From a virus, in IMG/VR virus record IMGVR_UViG_3300021964_000016: a stretch of 64,000 bases of DNA; one strand, 5' to 3'. Each line of letters begins with the position of its first letter. Positions within the stretch are counted from its first letter, which is position 1. Below are positions 58,134 through 64,000 of the stretch, in pieces. A program made the translations under genes and the position numbers. The notes under the pieces were generated by a model that saw only the letters and a list, made by a program, of their open reading frames with translations, was not told the DNA's origin and searched no databases.

Positions 58134-58467
58134 AGTCTGGTGTAACGTCCTTCTCGTTCATGTCTTTCAACATGCGCTGAAGGTCTGTGGTTGAACCGAT
58201 AAAGACGTTATTGGTAGTCTGCCCCTGAGGAAGAGCAGGTTTGTCTTTCTTTTCTATATCCTTCATTTTCTTGTGAAGGTCTAAAAGTTGAGAGGAGGTG
58301 TCTGCTGTATCTTTTATCAACTTGGAAAGGACTTCATAGGCGCGAGGGTGTTCGCTGCTCTTAGCGACCTCGATCATTTCCTCTACACCTTCTCTACCCT
58401 TACATATCAGGTCGTAAAGAGTCTCGCGAGTAAACTCAAAGTCGTTGTCTTTTTCTTCGTCGCTCAT
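58102..58467 (-). CDS. 16: terminase small subunit (gp16)
   Basis: HPRAYEV and NNVFIGSTTDLQ. Confidence 0.9.
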   Translation of the reverse strand: MSDEEKDNDFEFTRETLYDLICKGREGVEEMIEVAKSSEHPRAYEVLSKLIKDTADTSSQLLDLHKKMKDIEKKDKPALPQGQTTNNVFIGSTTDLQRMLKDMNEKDVTPDYDRIEDSGHD

Positions 58468-59147
58468 TTGAACAACCTGTTTTCTGTGTGCAACTTATAT
58501 AGCACTTCCATTGGTTGCAGAAAAGCAACCTGTAAGTGATACCTATAATGTTCATTATTTTCATAACCATGAACTGCTTCTGTGTTACCAGCATAACAGT
58601 GATAGAAATTAATGGGCAGAGTTTCCCCTTCTGTAGTATAATATGTCAAAGGTGCCCAATCCTTTTCGTTATATGGTTCAAGGGGAAAGAATATAACAGA
58701 TTCTCTGTGTTTGCCAAAGGTGCGTTGATCCATGTGAGGAGACATATATCCGTATGGTTCTGTGCTACTCACAATAAAATAAAAGAGATATTTTTTTGCT
58801 TCTTCGGTGAACATATTGTAGATAGAATCTACAACAGGGTCATAATCAGGAACAACATCTTTTAATCCATGTAGTCCATACATACCAACCCAATTATATC
58901 TTAGTCCTTCATTCGCTACAGAAGAACTAACGTTATGAGCGGTTGTTTGCGCGCCTGAAATAGTACCAAACATCAATTCAGAAGCAATAGAATCATATCC
59001 CGATAACTTAACCTTTTTAAACTTCTCTAAAGGAATATCTTTGTTCTGCTTTGCCCTTTCTATAAGATGTTTTCTTGTTTCTTTGGGCAACTCTACATTT
59101 GGAATTTTAAAAAAATAATGATGTTCAGGTGTAGTCATGTGGTACAT
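58464..59147 (-). CDS. putative 2OG-Fe(II)/cupin-fold oxygenase
   Basis: PHMD (HxD), a distal HGYEN and RYHLQ. Confidence 0.5.
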   Translation of the reverse strand: MYHMTTPEHHYFFKIPNVELPKETRKHLIERAKQNKDIPLEKFKKVKLSGYDSIASELMFGTISGAQTTAHNVSSSVANEGLRYNWVGMYGLHGLKDVVPDYDPVVDSIYNMFTEEAKKYLFYFIVSSTEPYGYMSPHMDQRTFGKHRESVIFFPLEPYNEKDWAPLTYYTTEGETLPINFYHCYAGNTEAVHGYENNEHYRYHLQVAFLQPMEVLYKLHTENRLFK

Positions 59148-59928
59148 ATGTATCGCTGTCTAGAACTGAAGTGACCAAAGAATAATCCGAATCTTGAGAA
59201 ACTGGTCTTGGGTTAGTTTCTACGCGCACGGTTTCTAAGTACAAATCAGTTCCAGCAGAGTCTACATCCATATTAAAAAGGTCAAAGTCGACGCGGGTGA
59301 TAACTTCACTTTCTGATGGTTTTGGTCCATAGAAAGCAACTTTCATGTCAAAGGTCAATGTATATATTATAGTTCTACGGTTTTCCATAGAACCTTCGAA
59401 GTCGTCAGTAAAGACAACAGATTGGAGAATAACAGGAACGTCTTCGACAATGCTGTTATAGTCTGCTACTGGTTTTACAGAAACAGTATACTGTGGTGCA
59501 AAGTATGGTAAGATTTGTTCAACCACTTGTAATGCATCGTCGTGTTGCTTTGCATAAACACTCAACTCAAAAGTTATGATATAAGGAGTTGCAGCATAAA
59601 ACTTGGTTGCTTTTTGGTTGTCTTCAGCACCAGTTTTAGAAAAATAATTCATCTTGGGTAATTGACGCTGCGGGTCATAAGAAATAGCAGATATTTCAAA
59701 CGACATCCGAGGCAACTTGATAGCAAGTTGCCTTTCGTTATCTTCCCCATCATTCATCTCGTTTATACGCTCAAGAAATTTCCTTTGCGGAGCATATGCC
59801 AGAGGAACTTTCATTTGATCATAAACCGTACTACCAGATTTTCTGATCATATAAATGTTATTAAACAGAGAACCAAAAATGGCAACCGATTTTCGGACAC
59901 GTTCATTATAGAAGTGAGTTCCAAACAT
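59125..59928 (-). CDS. 15: tail sheath stabiliser (gp15)
   Basis: FGSLFN, VPLAYAP, LPRMSFE and QILPYF.P. Confidence 0.92.
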   Translation of the reverse strand: MFGTHFYNERVRKSVAIFGSLFNNIYMIRKSGSTVYDQMKVPLAYAPQRKFLERINEMNDGEDNERQLAIKLPRMSFEISAISYDPQRQLPKMNYFSKTGAEDNQKATKFYAATPYIITFELSVYAKQHDDALQVVEQILPYFAPQYTVSVKPVADYNSIVEDVPVILQSVVFTDDFEGSMENRRTIIYTLTFDMKVAFYGPKPSESEVITRVDFDLFNMDVDSAGTDLYLETVRVETNPRPVSQDSDYSLVTSVLDSDTYVPHDYT

Positions 59929-60827
59929 TATTGTGGGTCTCCAAACGGATTAGATTCGCTGAAGTCTAAGAACTCAAAAGCAGAGATATCAAAACTGCTT
60001 ACATTTCCGTCTGCTCCACCAGGACTCCCTGGTTGTATCTCTTGTAGTTCTAGGACGGAAGTTGGTGTTGCAACAGCACTAGAGTTGTCTCCTATTACTT
60101 GAGCAGTTGTGGTGAAAACCTTATACTCGCCAGAAGTGTTGCCCACATGAGCAAGACTCATCCTATTATCAGAATCGCTCCAGTTTACAACCTCTCCGGT
60201 GATTACATAATCATCAAACGTTTGTGTTACTATCTCTCCAACTTCATATCCAGTTGAAGCAGAGTCCATAACCAATTGATACTGATATGCCGCAAAAGAT
60301 TCAATATCGTCTATTTGTGCAATACCAGTATCAAAGTCTTCTGCACTATACTCAAACAACTCGCAACGAAGATTGAAAGTTGGCAATTGCCCTAGTTGAT
60401 AGAAAGGACTTTCGTCCTGTACGCTCATTATCTCAAAAGTTGACCCAGAAAGAGGAAGATGAATCAGGTCGCCTTCTCTTGGTCTATAATATTTGTTCTG
60501 TGGAGTTTCTTCATAGGCACGTATTTCTGTGTTCCATCTACGGCGAGACATAACAAAGTTTACTGAGTTTCTTATCTCAACCCCAAATTTTTGAAATAGG
60601 TCTCCTTCTCCGTCAAATCCTTCAGTGTTTTCGATATAGACTTCTAGTTTGTATGCATATTCAAACCGAGAAAGTTCAGCATCATTGAAGATCATATCAC
60701 GAGAAACTACTTCGCGTGGTATATAATAGATGTCATTGCCGTAAAACTTCAAGGATTCAACGATCAAATCCTCGTATAAGTTTTGTTCTGAGCGAACGTT
60801 TTGACGAAAATAAGGAGAGGTCGCCAT
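59928..60827 (-). CDS. 14: neck protein (gp14)
   Basis: YYIPR, KFG, RPREGDLI, FYQLG and FSESNPFG. Confidence 0.92.
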   Translation of the reverse strand: MATSPYFRQNVRSEQNLYEDLIVESLKFYGNDIYYIPREVVSRDMIFNDAELSRFEYAYKLEVYIENTEGFDGEGDLFQKFGVEIRNSVNFVMSRRRWNTEIRAYEETPQNKYYRPREGDLIHLPLSGSTFEIMSVQDESPFYQLGQLPTFNLRCELFEYSAEDFDTGIAQIDDIESFAAYQYQLVMDSASTGYEVGEIVTQTFDDYVITGEVVNWSDSDNRMSLAHVGNTSGEYKVFTTTAQVIGDNSSAVATPTSVLELQEIQPGSPGGADGNVSSFDISAFEFLDFSESNPFGDPQ

Positions 60828-60831
60828 GATA

Positions 60832-61590
60832 TCAACCTACAAAAAAGTCTGGGGGAACTTCTTGCTCAAGACGCATACGTTCTCGCAAACTATTAATTTC
60901 TTCTTTTGCTTCCTCAAGCATAGTTCTTCCGCTAATCGTTACTCCTCCAGGGAGTTGCATGCCTTCAAACTTTGACATGTTTTGCCCCCACTGCTCTTTA
61001 ATTAGGGCAGTGGTATAGTCTTTCATGAACATATCATTGAATACTGAAGTGTGTGCTGTCGGGTCTACGGTTTGATAAACTTCTAAGGCAACGTAACTAC
61101 CAGAAACCAAGACACCGTCTTCAATATCGCTATGAATATACAAACGGTTTTGCTTTCTAGAAAAGGTTATCAAAGGCAGTCCGTTTACTTTCATATCAAT
61201 CAATTCCATGTACTGTCGCATTTGCTCATAGTACGACAAACCACTAGCACCAACATCAGACAAATGATGATAGTCGCTCATGGCGAATTGATAATTGAAA
61301 GAAAAGAAATTAGAACTGTTTATGATGGTGCTAGAGATAGGAAACATCTTAGTGACATATAAGATGTTTGTAGGCAGAGTGATATACTTGTTTGTTATGT
61401 CATCAGCGGTTAGTTGATGCTCATAGTAAACTCGAATAGTGGCATCATGATGAAACTCTTGATACACTTGTAGTGCGTCGTCGACTTTATCTTCAATTTG
61501 ATCTTCATCGACATTTATCTCTATAACTGGGTCACCAAGGCGACGGAGACAGTAGTCGATTAGTCCTTGTCTTGTGGTAATGACTGCCAT
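60832..61590 (-). CDS. 13: neck protein (gp13)
   Basis: LRRLGDPVIEINV and QWGQNMSKFEGMQLPGGV. Confidence 0.93.
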   Translation of the reverse strand: MAVITTRQGLIDYCLRRLGDPVIEINVDEDQIEDKVDDALQVYQEFHHDATIRVYYEHQLTADDITNKYITLPTNILYVTKMFPISSTIINSSNFFSFNYQFAMSDYHHLSDVGASGLSYYEQMRQYMELIDMKVNGLPLITFSRKQNRLYIHSDIEDGVLVSGSYVALEVYQTVDPTAHTSVFNDMFMKDYTTALIKEQWGQNMSKFEGMQLPGGVTISGRTMLEEAKEEINSLRERMRLEQEVPPDFFVG

Positions 61591-61617
61591 TGTTTTTTCC
61601 CTAAAAGCATTTACATC

Positions 61618-61625
61618 TATTTATA
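61618..61625 (-). promoter_or_regulatory. T4-type late promoter
   Basis: TATAAATA upstream of gp13. Confidence 0.75.
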
Positions 61626-61628
61626 CTT

Positions 61629-62147
61629 TTAAATATCCAAAGCAGCTGTCAATGCTCTATTTTGTAAAACTTGGGTTTCCCAATCAGAACGAGGCATTTG
61701 CCAATGGTAAAGTTGAACCCCGCCGGAAGTTTTTCTATCAATAGCAACCTTTTTTATGCCATTTATCCTGTCAGTTATCCTATGAACAGTTCCGTTATCT
61801 TCTTCTATAATTCCATATATTCCATCGCAGCGATAAGTTTCAAACAGATATAAAGCTGCTTTGTATATCCCAAAGTCTCGAATCATTTTTCTTTGAGAAG
61901 CATTTAAAGAGTTAAATGCTCCATATTTCAAATGAGAATAGTCGGAAATAGTGCTTACCTCTATCCACTTTTCCCCCTCAACATATTCAAAGTCGTCTTT
62001 ATTGTGAATCAAAAGAAACAAAATATGATTGTTCCATCTCATAGCAGAATACCGTATTCCTTTCCAGTGACCCCACCCTTGTTTTTTACACCAATGTTGT
62101 ATTTCTTCGTTCCAGTCACCTTGATCAAAGGTTAGATCACCCATCAT
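61629..62147 (-). CDS. hypothetical protein (possible degenerate GNAT fold; paralogue of its neighbour)
   Basis: C-terminal WQMPRSDWE resembles the neighbour's WYFSRQDWE. Confidence 0.55.
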   Translation of the reverse strand: MMGDLTFDQGDWNEEIQHWCKKQGWGHWKGIRYSAMRWNNHILFLLIHNKDDFEYVEGEKWIEVSTISDYSHLKYGAFNSLNASQRKMIRDFGIYKAALYLFETYRCDGIYGIIEEDNGTVHRITDRINGIKKVAIDRKTSGGVQLYHWQMPRSDWETQVLQNRALTAALDI

Positions 62148-62674
62148 CACAACACCTCTATTGCTTCTTTTGCTTGCTTTTGCAATATACCAGATTCCCA
62201 GTCCTGTCTGGAAAAATACCAACGCAATAAATCAGCACCCTCGTTGTTTTTATGCCCTGTTTCTTTTATTCTGTTATAAGGATCTAGCCAATCTTTCATA
62301 TGTTTCAATGCTATTGTATTATCCGAAGGGGTTATGGTAAAGGCACCACCAGATATATTTTCTATCTCAAATAATTGATAACCTATTTTGTATGTACTTA
62401 TTATCCTGCTGCTATGAATTACTTTTTTAGAATATTTGCGAAGAATTTCTTTTCTAAAAACTTTAGTGTCTACAATCATACAGAGAGGAACCCAATCCTG
62501 TCCCCTATACAACACTCTCTCGTACTCTATTGTTGCAACTCCGAGTTGTTCGTCATATTCTATTCCATGATATCGAACAGGTTTATCCTTAGAGAACCAC
62601 TTTTTTTGTTTGGTGGTTTCTATAAAATCGTATAAAGCGTCGTCCCTCTCTCTAAGTGTAAATTTTATGCTCAT
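62147..62674 (-). CDS. hypothetical protein (possible degenerate GNAT fold)
   Basis: YQLFE...DN...RQDWE pattern shared with the downstream ORF. Confidence 0.55.
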   Translation of the reverse strand: MSIKFTLRERDDALYDFIETTKQKKWFSKDKPVRYHGIEYDEQLGVATIEYERVLYRGQDWVPLCMIVDTKVFRKEILRKYSKKVIHSSRIISTYKIGYQLFEIENISGGAFTITPSDNTIALKHMKDWLDPYNRIKETGHKNNEGADLLRWYFSRQDWESGILQKQAKEAIEVL

Positions 62675-63209
62675 TATAAGATTGTTGCCACATGTTATAT
62701 TTTTGAAAACTAATATATTGAATAGAAGTATTTAACTTCTTCTCAAGCATGGTTTTATGGTGATTGGGGTTATATTCTTGGTCAAGTAATTCATGAAGAA
62801 TCGGTAACTTTTCGTCTAGTTCTTCATATTGAATAACATATTCTACTTGTTCTTTATACACCTCTTGCATATCTTCATACCAAGTATAAAGATATTTAAA
62901 CCCTTTTTGGTGTACCCAATGATCTTTTGGAAATATTTCTAAAGTAGATTCTACGCAACGAGAGATATCTTTTTCTATAAAGACTACATTTGCCTTCGAT
63001 ATAACATCGAAGGGAAAGGAAAGGAAAGAAAATGCGTCGACGTTTATGAACTGTTTTTCTTGGGAATACATCGCAGAAAAATAATCTTCTACGCGATCTA
63101 CCTTTGCAGTATACTCGTGTTCACAACGAATGTTATCATACAGCGAAAAGTATTTGTATAACCAAAAGGTTCTTGATCTAGGAAGAGCACATATTATAAG
63201 GGGTTTCAT
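62652..63209 (-). CDS. sulfotransferase-like P-loop protein
   Basis: IICALPRSRTFWL...HE and I.YEEL. Confidence 0.6.
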   Translation of the reverse strand: MKPLIICALPRSRTFWLYKYFSLYDNIRCEHEYTAKVDRVEDYFSAMYSQEKQFINVDAFSFLSFPFDVISKANVVFIEKDISRCVESTLEIFPKDHWVHQKGFKYLYTWYEDMQEVYKEQVEYVIQYEELDEKLPILHELLDQEYNPNHHKTMLEKKLNTSIQYISFQKYNMWQQSYNEHKIYT

Positions 63210-63224
63210 AATATAATATGTATA

Positions 63225-64000
63225 TTAATTCAAAAGAGTCCCGTTTCTGTCGTATACATCAATCCTGTAGTATGTACCATTTTGACTATCTAACTGGTCT
63301 GCGTTAGAAGCAGTTCCAGTCAGGTTGGCAGTGATCGTCCCAGCAGAGAAATTACCAGAACCATCTTTGCTCACCAATGTACCAGAGGTTGGGAAAGTTA
63401 CGTCGGTTGCACCAGATGTGGTCAGAGTCAAACTGTTGCCGCCTACAGTCAGCAAGTTGCCAGTAAGACTAAGTGTTCTATTGGCGTTATTGACGTCAAG
63501 AGTAAGGGTTCTATCTGCTGTTAAAACAGGGGAAGCATTTGTCGAAACTACCCTAGTCTCAAAACCAGTGGTTATGGTATCTCTTAGTCCAAAGGTTGTG
63601 ATGTCTGTTAAAGAACCACCAGAAACTGAAGGTGTGTTTATGGTTGGGGTTGTTAGTGTCTTGTTTGTTAAAGTCTCTGTTCCCGTCAAAGAAGCAACAG
63701 ATTGTCCACCACTGATAGCAGCGTTCAACTGATTCAGCGTCATTGTCAAAGTGTTACTGGTAAGATTTATTGTTTTATTAGTTAGGGTCTGTGCAGTATT
63801 GACAGTCGCGATCTTATCAGAATCAATACCAATGGTCAAAGAGGCAGCATGTGCGGCAATACCAGAAATAGAAATTCCACTATCTGCTGATATGTCTTTT
63901 ACATAGTTTCCACTAGTTCCAGAATCGAGTGGCATGGTTGCCACTGCTGATTCTATAATTCCTATGACACCAGCAGAGTCTAGAGCACTTGGTGTAAAAG
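63225..64000 (-). CDS. virion fibre/structural protein, C-terminal part (5' end outside the window)
   Basis: frame open to the window edge; Thr/Ser/Gly-rich with repeated TLTNKT motifs. Confidence 0.75.
   Translation of the reverse strand, partial: FTPSALDSAGVIGIIESAVATMPLDSGTSGNYVKDISADSGISISGIAAHAASLTIGIDSDKIATVNTAQTLTNKTINLTSNTLTMTLNQLNAAISGGQSVASLTGTETLTNKTLTTPTINTPSVSGGSLTDITTFGLRDTITTGFETRVVSTNASPVLTADRTLTLDVNNANRTLSLTGNLLTVGGNSLTLTTSGATDVTFPTSGTLVSKDGSGNFSAGTITANLTGTASNADQLDSQNGTYYRIDVYDRNGTLLN

Noticed and set aside
1-64000. Plus-strand ORFs and nested minus-strand ORFs in the track
   Set aside because: They are shadows of well-supported minus-strand genes and have no recognisable motifs.

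Overview
A 64-kb segment of a T4-like myovirus genome, probably marine and probably infecting a proteobacterium (both inferred). Essentially all genes lie on the minus strand. In transcription order (right to left) it holds: the end of a fibre-like gene; neck, tail and head genes (gp13-gp23, gp3); uvsY, uvsW, gp55, gp47 and gp46; a compact putative DNA base-hypermodification operon (TET/JBP dioxygenase, Ntn amidotransferase, amidoligase, GNAT, amino-acid:DNA-transferase-like protein, P-loop kinase); a VWA/MoxR pair; gp45; tRNA-Pro; an accessory island (outer-membrane barrel, secreted pilin/chaperone-like operon, pseudoknot leader, FabF, glycosyltransferase); gp44, gp62, regA, gp43, an AEP-type primase, uvsX and gp41; and a run of small ORFs and auxiliary genes (PsiE, peroxiredoxin, a TGA-interrupted metallopeptidase, GIY-YIG endonuclease, Dam, methyl- and sulfotransferases). 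The most notable result is that several modification enzymes end in the same LEDFF-type peptide as the DNA polymerase, which suggests sliding-clamp-coupled base modification. RGCY tetramers were also strongly depleted in the regions counted by eye. All calls come from motif recognition and synteny; no searches were run.
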